Positions 10,732-19,319 of a DNA stretch of 64,000 nucleotides are shown here, piece by piece. The position numbers and the translations under genes were made by a program. Numbering within the stretch: the stretch's first letter is position 1; each line of letters begins with the position of its first letter. The notes beneath the pieces were generated by a model. The model was not told where the DNA came from, searched no databases, and saw only the letters and a list, made by a program, of their open reading frames with translations. The DNA lies in assembly GCA_963169345.1 (NCBI GenBank), contig CAUJCT010000006.1, positions 22,819-86,818 of the forward strand. Reading direction: 5' to 3'. The DNA comes from Bacteroidota bacterium (lineage in GTDB: Bacteria; Bacteroidota; Bacteroidia; NS11-12g; UBA955).

Positions 10732-10761
10732 GCCTGCTCATGCCGCAGGCGTGGCACTTAC
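10732..10761. repeat. 30-bp repeat copy 2 (gcctgctcatgccgcaggcgtggcacttac), immediately followed by an AT-rich hairpin
   Basis: Seen directly. Followed by cttactttttttt-atggc-aaaaaaaagtaag (10757..10788), which is a perfect AT-rich inverted repeat. Confidence 0.7.
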
Positions 10762-10795
10762 TTTTTTTTATGGCAAAAAAAAGTAAGCAAAAAAA

Positions 10796-10890
10796 GGCCA
10801 CCACGAACCAAAATTTCAATCATGGCTTTGCCGCTGCATACCTTTCCTGCTCGAGGCTGCCATAATTGAAATTCTACGCGTTCGTGGACT
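10796..10890. other. Long imperfect hairpin (about 95 nt): outer stem CCACGAAC/GTTCGTGG, inner stem TTTCAATCATGGC/GCCATAATTGAAA. Candidate structured RNA or MITE-like element.
   Basis: Inverted repeats read directly from the sequence. No ORF. Sits in a 775-bp spacer. Confidence 0.4.
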
Positions 10891-11238
10891 CAACCCGCAC
10901 ATTCGTTTCTATAAATGTATTTTGGAAATACCAATGATTGCGGTATATCAGCTTAATAATAAATCAAACAATGCTTACGTATTTAAATTGCCAGTTATAA
11001 ATTTATTAATGTTACGTACTTAAAAAATGACATCTAAAAATTTCAAGTTTTTAAAACTAAAATTTTATTTTAAATAGTTTTGTTATTTGATAAAGGAAAC
11101 GACATATTATCTTTATGCTTTAAGTTGTTTTGATGAACAAAACAAAGTTACATCACAAAAAGAAGTTTACGGAAAATAAAGACAAACTGCTGACAATTTG
11201 AACACGGATATCAGCTAATCGAGAGATTGGTTTTATCG

Positions 11239-13506
11239 CTAAACACTTTCTCCTAACTGCTTCAGAAGTACTTTAATACGCGCTGCATTACCTACAATCC
11301 AGACCATATCGTCGGCTTTGAATTTTTCAAGTGAATCAGGATTTAAAATCCGTTTACCATCGCGTTCTATTCCAACTACTAATCCTTTGCTTAATATTCT
11401 GATTTTAGAATCTCTGATACTCTTTCCTACCAGAGGTGAATCTGATGGCACTTTAAAGTTTTGAAGGATAACATTGATTTTATCAGAATCCTGAACTTCA
11501 GATTTTACATTGGACTCAGCTGATTCGTTAAAATTCTTTAATTGATCGTCACTTCCAATAACAAACAGTATATCGTTTGGGTATAAACGCACATTTTTAT
11601 CCGGAACATGTATCATCTCCTCCCCTCTTTCAATCTTGGCTATATTAACTCCAAAATGCTCTCTCATTTGAGTTTCTTCCAGAGTCTTTCCTACATACAA
11701 AGAATTTGGATTAAGCAAAATAGTACCTATATGTGTATCCCATGGTGCCAAAACACCTTTACCTTCAGCCTTTCCATTTTCTCTTTCATTCAAATTCAGC
11801 ATAAATCTTTTTTCAATTCTGCCGTAGAGTTGTTTAATTTTTGGAGCAAACACCAATATTATTATCAATGCTGCCAATACTCCAAACAGAGCTACTTTAA
11901 AAGAAAACATCGAGCTTAATAAAAATCCGATATACAAGAGGGCCAGTGCCATCCTGATTAACATGAGTACAATCAAGGGTCTTCGTTGACTTTGGTTTTG
12001 CCATACTTCGGCATATAGTTCGCGTTTACTTCTTCTAAATGCCAAAGCCCAAATAAAAGGAGCTAAAATAGCCAGAGTACCAACGGCGAGTACTATTCGG
12101 GCTGTCAGACTGCCGATTACGATTGGCAACAACAACTGAGTACTAATGAGTACGCCGGATATTATGACAACCGAATAAATTAATCCCAATACAGCATAGT
12201 ATCTTAAAAGTCTCTGGAAGCTACCGGCTTTACCCGCCATCCGAGCACCTACTGCGTATCTGTCTATAGATTCAAGCCATCTTTGTGGTAATTTCTTTTC
12301 AAAAAAGTTTACAACCGGCATAGACATTTTTAGCATAAAAGGTGTAGTGAAAGTTGTCAATACAGAAACTGCAACAGCAATGGGATACAATTTAGCATCA
12401 GTAACTTGCAGACTCAGCCCTAATCCGGCAATGATAAATGAAAACTCACCAATTTGAGACATACTCATACCTGCCTGAATGGAGGTTTGCAATTTCTGAC
12501 CTGAAATCAGCGAACCTATGGTAACAAAAGTAGGTTTGATAAATATCAGTACCATAGTCCCCATCAGCACTTCAGGCCAATATTGAATAATCAGTTTAAA
12601 GTCGAGCAACATACCCACTGAAACGAAAAATATAGCACCGAACAAACTCTTAATTGGTTCGAGGATATGTTCAATTTTTTCGGCTTTTGTTGTTTCAGCT
12701 AAAATAGAACCCATTACGAAAGCACCCAATGCAGAAGAAAATCCAACTGCAGATGCAAGATAAACCATTAAGAAACACAATGCCAGTGAAAACACCAGCA
12801 ATGATTCGGGATTGAGCAGCGCTCTTAGTCGACGAATTATACTGGGCAGAAAAAATATTCCGGAAATAAACCAGAGTACAAGAAAGAAAAGTAATTTAGA
12901 AACAGATAACAACATTTCCATACCTTGAAAGCTTTTAGTAACGGCAACGGATGAAAGCAATACCATTAACAATACAGCGAACAAATCTTCGACAATCAGG
13001 GCACCTGTAACAATTTGAGCAAACTTGGCATTTTTGAGTTGCATTTCCTCATAAGCTCTGATGATTATAGTAGTTGAAGATATGGCTAAAATTCCACCAA
13101 AAAACAAGCAATTAAGAGTATCCCATCCCATTAGTTTTCCAATTAAAAATCCGGTAAGCAGAGTAAAAGTAACCCCAGAGAAAGCAGTGATACCAGCGCT
13201 GGCACCAACTTTCATGAGTTTTCTGAAACTAAATTCCAAACCCAGACTGAACAACAAAATGATAACGCCAAACTCGCCCCAGGCTTTGATATTTTCAGGA
13301 TCGCTAACCGTAGGGAATAAATTAAAATTAGGCCCTACCACCAAACCAGCAATGATATAGCCCAGTACAACAGGCTGCTTTAATTTTTTAAATAACAGAG
13401 AAATGATAGCAGCCGATATCAATATCAAAGTTAAATCGGATATCAATGTCGGTAAATGTGTCATAGCCCCGCAAATTAATGATTTATTGGGTATAATGCC
13501 ACTCAA
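11239..13506 (-). CDS. Kef-type monovalent cation:proton antiporter (CPA2 family) with two C-terminal RCK_C/TrkA_C domains
   Basis: N-terminal block LKQPVVLGYIIAGLVVGPN. About 12-13 TM segments. Two TrkA_C-like blocks (…VGKTLEE…ILFVIGSDDQL… and …LVGKSIRD…MVWIVGNAARIK). The true start may be an internal Met (MTHLPTL…). Confidence 0.8.
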   Translation of the reverse strand: MSGIIPNKSLICGAMTHLPTLISDLTLILISAAIISLLFKKLKQPVVLGYIIAGLVVGPNFNLFPTVSDPENIKAWGEFGVIILLFSLGLEFSFRKLMKVGASAGITAFSGVTFTLLTGFLIGKLMGWDTLNCLFFGGILAISSTTIIIRAYEEMQLKNAKFAQIVTGALIVEDLFAVLLMVLLSSVAVTKSFQGMEMLLSVSKLLFFLVLWFISGIFFLPSIIRRLRALLNPESLLVFSLALCFLMVYLASAVGFSSALGAFVMGSILAETTKAEKIEHILEPIKSLFGAIFFVSVGMLLDFKLIIQYWPEVLMGTMVLIFIKPTFVTIGSLISGQKLQTSIQAGMSMSQIGEFSFIIAGLGLSLQVTDAKLYPIAVAVSVLTTFTTPFMLKMSMPVVNFFEKKLPQRWLESIDRYAVGARMAGKAGSFQRLLRYYAVLGLIYSVVIISGVLISTQLLLPIVIGSLTARIVLAVGTLAILAPFIWALAFRRSKRELYAEVWQNQSQRRPLIVLMLIRMALALLYIGFLLSSMFSFKVALFGVLAALIIILVFAPKIKQLYGRIEKRFMLNLNERENGKAEGKGVLAPWDTHIGTILLNPNSLYVGKTLEETQMREHFGVNIAKIERGEEMIHVPDKNVRLYPNDILFVIGSDDQLKNFNESAESNVKSEVQDSDKINVILQNFKVPSDSPLVGKSIRDSKIRILSKGLVVGIERDGKRILNPDSLEKFKADDMVWIVGNAARIKVLLKQLGESV

Positions 13507-13580
13507 TACTCAAGTTAAAACCCAAAAAAAAACAAAAAAAAGTCATTTTTTATCCACTCTACAATATTTTAATCTAAAAG

Positions 13581-13614
13581 TTGTTTTTAATCCCGTTCAA
13601 TATCCTTACATTTG
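13581..13614 (+). promoter_or_regulatory. Candidate Bacteroidetes sigma-A promoter (TTG … TACATTTG) for the peroxidase gene
   Basis: TAnnTTTG -7 element at 13607-13614, about 34 nt upstream of the ATG at 13649. TTG at 13581. Confidence 0.35.
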
Positions 13615-13648
13615 AATTTATTAAAAATTAAACCCCTACCAATTCACT

Positions 13649-14737
13649 ATGAAAAAAATCATTTTCTCAGGTCTTATTCTTTCTGGTCTTTTAATTTATG
13701 GTTGCAGAAAAATGCCTGATCAACCCGACAACAGCAAAATTAAACTTAACCTCCCTTCTACTGTTATCGATTACAGTCATATCCCTTCCCCTACCGGCAC
13801 TATGGAAGTGTACTATGAGGATGGCACCTTAATTGACAACAATAAGGCAACCATAGGTAGAGTTTTGTTTTACGACAAAGCATTATCATTTAATAATTCT
13901 ACTGCCTGTGCTTCCTGCCATTTTCAGGAAAATGGTTTTTCGGATACCAAAGCTACCAGTGTAGGATTTGATGGAATTGCTACTAAAAGAAATTCAATGC
14001 CAATCGGCAATTTGTATAACAATGTAGGTACAGGTTATTTTTGGGATACCAGATCAGATAATATCGAAGACATGGTGTTCAGACCAATTCAGGACCACAT
14101 TGAAATGGGCTTTGAAAACATTGCACTTATCACAGAAAAATTATCTAATCTCCCTTACTATAAAGAACTTTTCAAAAAGGCTTATGGCGATGAGAACATT
14201 ACAACCGACAGAATGCGCGAAAGTCTCGGTCAGTTCTTATTTTCAATCGTCAACATCAATTCTAAATTTGACAAAGGTCAAAAAAGCAATTTCACCAACT
14301 TTACTTCAGAAGAAAGAGATGGTATGGATTTGTTTGTAGAGAATGGATGCAGCAGCTGCCACTTTATTAATTCCGAGTTTTCACCGGATGGAGCAAGCAG
14401 AGAAAAAATGGCTAACATAGGATTAGATGAAAGAGACATTGACATTGGAAATAATCACCAGTACAGAATACCGGATATGAGAAATGTTGCCCTGAGCGGT
14501 CCATATATGCATGATGGCAGATTCACTTCTCTCAATCAGGTTATCACGCATTACGGTGCCAATGTTAAAGCCAATCCATATTTAAGTGAGGAATTGAAAT
14601 CTGATAAAAAGCCGAAAGTACCAACCAGCAATTACTTCGGAGAAAGTCAGTCTAGCATTGTATTTTTCCTCAATACCCTTACCGACGAATTTACGACAAC
14701 CAACGTTCGTTATTCCAATCCATTCCCTGCAAAATAA
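13649..14737 (+). CDS. Di-haem cytochrome c peroxidase (CCP/MauG family) lipoprotein
   Basis: Two CxxCH haem-binding motifs (CASCH, CSSCH). CCP-like …RVLFYDKALSFNNSTACASCHF…. Lipoprotein signal …LLIYGC. Confidence 0.8.
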   Translation: MKKIIFSGLILSGLLIYGCRKMPDQPDNSKIKLNLPSTVIDYSHIPSPTGTMEVYYEDGTLIDNNKATIGRVLFYDKALSFNNSTACASCHFQENGFSDTKATSVGFDGIATKRNSMPIGNLYNNVGTGYFWDTRSDNIEDMVFRPIQDHIEMGFENIALITEKLSNLPYYKELFKKAYGDENITTDRMRESLGQFLFSIVNINSKFDKGQKSNFTNFTSEERDGMDLFVENGCSSCHFINSEFSPDGASREKMANIGLDERDIDIGNNHQYRIPDMRNVALSGPYMHDGRFTSLNQVITHYGANVKANPYLSEELKSDKKPKVPTSNYFGESQSSIVFFLNTLTDEFTTTNVRYSNPFPAK

Positions 14738-14787
14738 TCCGGCGAACATTGCATCAATTGTGATGTTGGATAAACTTATTCAGTGAT

Positions 14788-15492
14788 TTGAACCCACATA
14801 AAAAGACTATTTGTCACGGTTTAAAAAGATTCTCCATTCTCCTGTCTATCTGCCTGACTTGCGAAATGGGGAATCTTTTTTCACAGACTTCAGATAGTAC
14901 TTCTTCTGTATTGCAATCATTCAAATTTCATTTACTTACCTCTTTTAATCCACTGTTAAACCGATTAAACGACCCTCAGGAAACGGGTCTGTTTTACTCT
15001 ACTGCACCCTATGAAATGCAAGTCCAGTTCAAACAACATTTATTTGGAATTGCCTATTTCAGAAAACAAACCAGTTCTCAGAAGTTTTTAAACAATGGCG
15101 TAAAAACAGTCGATGATGTACTCAGACATCATTTTCATGTTAGCTATACCCGTGAAATATTACATCACAATCATTGGTCGATGCAGATTGGTGGTGCCTA
15201 TTATTTCCAGAGACACGATACGGCAAACATCCTGTATACATCACTCGAAAATCCCTACAAGAATTACATTGAAAAAGAGCATGGACTAGCCGGCGTTTAC
15301 AGACTGGGCTATAAATTCAATTCCATACTTGGCTTGTATCTGGAATCGCAAATTTACTTTGGCATTTCAACGTACAAATACAAGGAAGTCTATCCCTTGA
15401 CACCCAGTCAAAACACCCAGGGCAACAGTAAAAATTTCAAATACCATATCCTATTGCCATCCAATTTGTATTTAAGGATAAGTTTGGATTAG
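14788..15492 (+). CDS. Hypothetical protein, possibly an outer-membrane beta-barrel
   Basis: Alternating hydrophobic/aromatic beta-strand patterns (GLYLESQIYFGIS, GVYRLGYKF). No catalytic motif recognised. The start is uncertain. Confidence 0.35.
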   Translation: MNPHKKTICHGLKRFSILLSICLTCEMGNLFSQTSDSTSSVLQSFKFHLLTSFNPLLNRLNDPQETGLFYSTAPYEMQVQFKQHLFGIAYFRKQTSSQKFLNNGVKTVDDVLRHHFHVSYTREILHHNHWSMQIGGAYYFQRHDTANILYTSLENPYKNYIEKEHGLAGVYRLGYKFNSILGLYLESQIYFGISTYKYKEVYPLTPSQNTQGNSKNFKYHILLPSNLYLRISLD

Positions 15493-15850
15493 GGGTTACT
15501 TCCTATTGCTTTATCATTCTTACCAAAAACCATACAAAACTTTCAACTCAAAAAGATAAATATTCTTTAATACTCATATAGATATTTCTTATCTTATCGA
15601 TTTGTTTTACAGTGTTTTAATTTGTATTTTTGATGCATAATGAAAAGTATGTCAATGGCAAATATCATTAAGGCCATTTCTGATTTTAATTTAAACATCA
15701 GGAAGACGTATTTTCTATCTTCAAACAACAAGGCCTTTATTACTTTAGCCTCCGTTTAATTATTCAACGGGGGACAATTTTTCTGAACACTATTTAAATT
15801 AATACAGGCATAAAGCTGTCTGTAATTTTCCTTTACATTAAAAAAAATCG

Positions 15851-17380
15851 ATGAACAAAAATTCAAAGTTCATCCAAATATCTGCATTTAACAATATTTG
15901 GATGATATCCATATTTACAAGCACAATTGTATTTCTGTTAATTTACTTCAACAGAATTTCACTATATTTTATTATACCGGTACTACTATTACTGGCTTTA
16001 CTAATTTACGACTCCATACAAAAGCGTCACAGTGTTAGACGTAACTATCCATTAATAGGACGGTTGCGATATTTTCTGGAATCATACCGCCCAGAATTGA
16101 GGCAGTATTTTTTTGAAGGAGAGCTGGATGGCAAACCTTTTAACAGAAGACAAAGAAGCATCGTTTACCAAAGGTCTAAAAACGTCAAACAAACCATTTC
16201 ATTTGGTATGCAGGATGATCCGGGCCGAATTGGATACGAATGGGCTGCACATTCTGTTTACCCTAAAAAAGCCGATATCCAGTCTTTTAAAGTGGAGATT
16301 GGCAATGAAGCCTGTAAACAAAAATACAATGCAAGTATTTTAAACATTGGTGCCATGAGTTATGGAGCCCTGAGTAAAACAGCCATAGCTTCATTAAATA
16401 AAGGCGCATTATTGGGTGGTTTTGCTCACAATACCGGCGAAGGAGGCATCAGCTCACATCATCTTCAGGGGGGTGATTTAATCTGGCAAATAGGCACCGG
16501 ATATTTTGGCTGTAGAAATGAAGAAGGCCATTTTGATGACAAGTTATTTTCCGAAAAAGCTGCATACGAACAGGTAAAGATGATAGAAATAAAACTATCT
16601 CAAGGTGCCAAACCCGGTCATGGTGGTTTATTACCTGCAAAGAAAAACACACCTGAAATTGCTGAAATCAGACATATCAAACCATATACAACCGTTCATT
16701 CACCTTCTGCTCATACGGCATTTGATAATGCGGATAGTTTGCTCAGATTTATTGAGAGGGTTCGTATTCTGTCCAATTACAAACCTGTTGGATTTAAAAT
16801 TTGTATTGGCCGAAGAGAAGAATTCGAAGCGATTGCTGAAAGTATGATTAAAACTGGAATACGACCAGACTTCATAACAATTGATGGAGCTGAAGGTGGA
16901 ACAGGTGCTGCACCACTCGAATTTATTGATCACATGGGCATGGCTTTAACAGATGCACTGTCATTTGTAAATAATACATTGATAAAACTCAATTTAAGAA
17001 ATGACATTAAACTGATTGCTTCAGGGAAAGTAATCACTGCGTTTGACATTGCAAAAACCCTGGCTTTAGGTGCGGATGCCTGCTATAGCGCCAGAGGCAT
17101 GATGTTTTCGCTTGGCTGTATACAAGCACTTCAGTGCGACAGCGGCAAATGTCCTGTTGGTATTGCAACACAAGAATCTTCATTATATAAAGGGTTAGAT
17201 GTAAGCGACAAATCTGTAAGAGTAGCAAATTTTCACACCAACACTATGAAAGCGCTCTCAGAATTTATCGGAGCTTGTGGTTATTCCAATTGTAGTGAAA
17301 TAAAAGCATCTTCCTTTTTCAAAAGAACCAGCCTGAATAGTTTTAGTGACTTTAACGAATTGTACCAATTAAAAAATTAA
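15851..17380 (+). CDS. FMN-binding glutamate synthase family protein (GltS domain-2 homologue) with an N-terminal membrane anchor
   Basis: Motifs NIGAMSYGALS, GEGG, KLSQGAKPGHGGLLP, DGAEGGTGAAP, and C-terminal Cys cluster GCIQALQCDSGKCPVGIATQ. Two N-terminal TM helices. Confidence 0.8.
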   Translation: MNKNSKFIQISAFNNIWMISIFTSTIVFLLIYFNRISLYFIIPVLLLLALLIYDSIQKRHSVRRNYPLIGRLRYFLESYRPELRQYFFEGELDGKPFNRRQRSIVYQRSKNVKQTISFGMQDDPGRIGYEWAAHSVYPKKADIQSFKVEIGNEACKQKYNASILNIGAMSYGALSKTAIASLNKGALLGGFAHNTGEGGISSHHLQGGDLIWQIGTGYFGCRNEEGHFDDKLFSEKAAYEQVKMIEIKLSQGAKPGHGGLLPAKKNTPEIAEIRHIKPYTTVHSPSAHTAFDNADSLLRFIERVRILSNYKPVGFKICIGRREEFEAIAESMIKTGIRPDFITIDGAEGGTGAAPLEFIDHMGMALTDALSFVNNTLIKLNLRNDIKLIASGKVITAFDIAKTLALGADACYSARGMMFSLGCIQALQCDSGKCPVGIATQESSLYKGLDVSDKSVRVANFHTNTMKALSEFIGACGYSNCSEIKASSFFKRTSLNSFSDFNELYQLKN

Positions 17381-17392
17381 ACAACCATTATT

Positions 17393-17767
17393 ATGTTATT
17401 ACAAATTTGCAAGAAAGACTTTAACACATTAGAAACTTTATTGAATAATCAAAACACGTCAATTCCATTTAAGGAAAGAAAATTATTGTCTAAGGAGTTG
17501 TCTAAAATGAAAATATTAGAAGACGCTGATCTGCCAGAAGATGTGGTAAAGCTTAACTCAAAAGTGACGGTGATGGATGAAGAAAAACAAATTACAACTG
17601 TTTTCAAAATCACCTTGCCATCTCAGGCTAATATGCAGGAGAAAAAAGTATCTGTATTGGCGCCAATCAGTATAGCATTACTTGGTGTTGGCAAAGATCA
17701 GATTGTTGAGTGGAATATGCCCGGTGGCATTAAAAAACTGAAAGTCATTGAAGTCATCAATGATTAA
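17393..17767 (+). CDS. GreA/GreB-C-terminal-domain protein (Rnk-like)
   Basis: C-terminal FKBP-like Gre domain block …VTVMDEEKQITTVFKITLPSQAN…VSVLAPISIALLGVGKDQIVEWNMPGG…. Confidence 0.6.
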   Translation: MLLQICKKDFNTLETLLNNQNTSIPFKERKLLSKELSKMKILEDADLPEDVVKLNSKVTVMDEEKQITTVFKITLPSQANMQEKKVSVLAPISIALLGVGKDQIVEWNMPGGIKKLKVIEVIND

Positions 17768-17814
17768 AAAAGTGGGGACAGTATATCAGATAACATACTG
17801 CCCCCAACTTTTCA
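17766..17814. terminator. Bidirectional rho-independent terminator between convergent genes
   Basis: GTGGGGACAGTAT…ATACTGCCCCC stem (one mismatch), flanked by an A5 run and then TTTT. Confidence 0.55.
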
Positions 17815-17885
17815 AATCTATTAATCCATAATCAACACAACATCAAATCTTAAAAAATCGGGCATGCCCAAATATTACTTCAATA

Positions 17886-19319
17886 TTATTTCCACCCACC
17901 ACCCAATGCTCTGTATAATATTATATTTTCCAAATTCAGTTGTTTCTGGTATTCATTGAGTTCCAGTTGAGATTTTAGTGCATTTTTCTGAGCAAGAATT
18001 ACTTCCAGATAGCCTGCTCTTCCGGCGAGAAACAAATCTGTGGATGTATTGACACTTTGTTTAATCACCGCAACTTCCTCTTCCTTAAGTTTTAGCAATT
18101 CCTGTGTATTCTGTATGCGTGTTAAAGCCAGATACACTTCCATGAAACTTCCGACAACGGTCTTTTCATAAGTCAGGTAAGCCTGTTTTTGACTGGCAGA
18201 TGCCAACATTAAATCAGCTTTTAATTTTCTCCTGTTGAGTATTGGGGCACTCAAATTTCCCAGCAAATTATAAGCTAATGAAGCTGGCGACTCAAGCAAA
18301 AGGTGTGCTTTAAATGATTGTAAGCCCATCGTATAGCTAATATTCAGTTGAGGATAAAAAGCCATTTTAGCAGAATGTAAGTCGGCATTGCTGGCTATTA
18401 TTTCGTGTTCCGCTTGTCTTATATCGGGTCTGTTGGTTAGCAGCTCTGATGGCACTCCGGGCAATACGCCTGTGTTAAAATTTAAAAAAATACTGTCTCT
18501 TTGTATGTTCTCCGGATACGTACCACAAAGGAAACTCAGTTGACTTTCGCATTCGATGATTTGCTGCCTGACTTCACTTTCAGTAGCCTTGAAATTCAAC
18601 AGCTGAGCATACATGGTTTCTACAGCCAGCTGATTGCCCAATGCCGACTCTTTGATAGATTTTACCATATCAAGAGCGGATTGCTGCAGCACAATATTAT
18701 CACTTAATATTTTCAATTCCCTGTCTAATGCAATCAACTGATAATACGTAGATGCAATTTCAGAGATCAGACTTGTTACGACAAGGTCTCTTGCATATTG
18801 AGATGAAATAAATCTGGCGGCTGCAGCTTTCTTTTTGCTTTTTAACTTCCCCCATAAATCCAGTTCCCACGAGGATTGAAATCCTATAAAATAGTCGGGC
18901 AATGGATTCATTGGAATCATTTGTTTGTCGTTGATGTTAGGTGAGAAACGCGTATCATAATTCCCAACTCCGTCCATGGTGTAATCCCCGAACTTGCGAG
19001 CACCGGAAGATGCAGAAAGATTTATCTCCGGTAAACGAATACCTCTGTTAAGTCTGACCACCGCACTCGATCCTTCAATTTTAGCGTCAGCGAGTTTTAA
19101 ATCAAAATTCCCAGACATAGCCGAATCAATTAGATTCCTTAATAAAGGATCAAAAAACACTTCGCGCCACTGAGGCAAGACAATATCAGAAGAATCCTCT
19201 AAAAATGCAGTCGGTAAGGGGCGATTGACCTTATGTTGTGTCGTTTGAACAGACTGGCAGGCAAATAACAGAACAGAAATTATAAGAATGCCTATATATG
19301 GCAATATTGTTTTTTTCAT
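17886..19319 (-). CDS. RND efflux outer-membrane factor (TolC/NodT family lipoprotein)
   Basis: Lipoprotein signal …LLFAC. Two OEP-type repeat halves. Operon position after the RND pump. Confidence 0.8.
   Translation of the reverse strand: MKKTILPYIGILIISVLLFACQSVQTTQHKVNRPLPTAFLEDSSDIVLPQWREVFFDPLLRNLIDSAMSGNFDLKLADAKIEGSSAVVRLNRGIRLPEINLSASSGARKFGDYTMDGVGNYDTRFSPNINDKQMIPMNPLPDYFIGFQSSWELDLWGKLKSKKKAAAARFISSQYARDLVVTSLISEIASTYYQLIALDRELKILSDNIVLQQSALDMVKSIKESALGNQLAVETMYAQLLNFKATESEVRQQIIECESQLSFLCGTYPENIQRDSIFLNFNTGVLPGVPSELLTNRPDIRQAEHEIIASNADLHSAKMAFYPQLNISYTMGLQSFKAHLLLESPASLAYNLLGNLSAPILNRRKLKADLMLASASQKQAYLTYEKTVVGSFMEVYLALTRIQNTQELLKLKEEEVAVIKQSVNTSTDLFLAGRAGYLEVILAQKNALKSQLELNEYQKQLNLENIILYRALGGGWK

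Noticed and set aside
13061-13360. 99-aa and 70-aa plus-strand ORFs inside or overlapping the Kef antiporter gene. Also 11608..11919.
   Set aside because: Nested antisense ORFs with no features. The Kef ORF fully explains the region.
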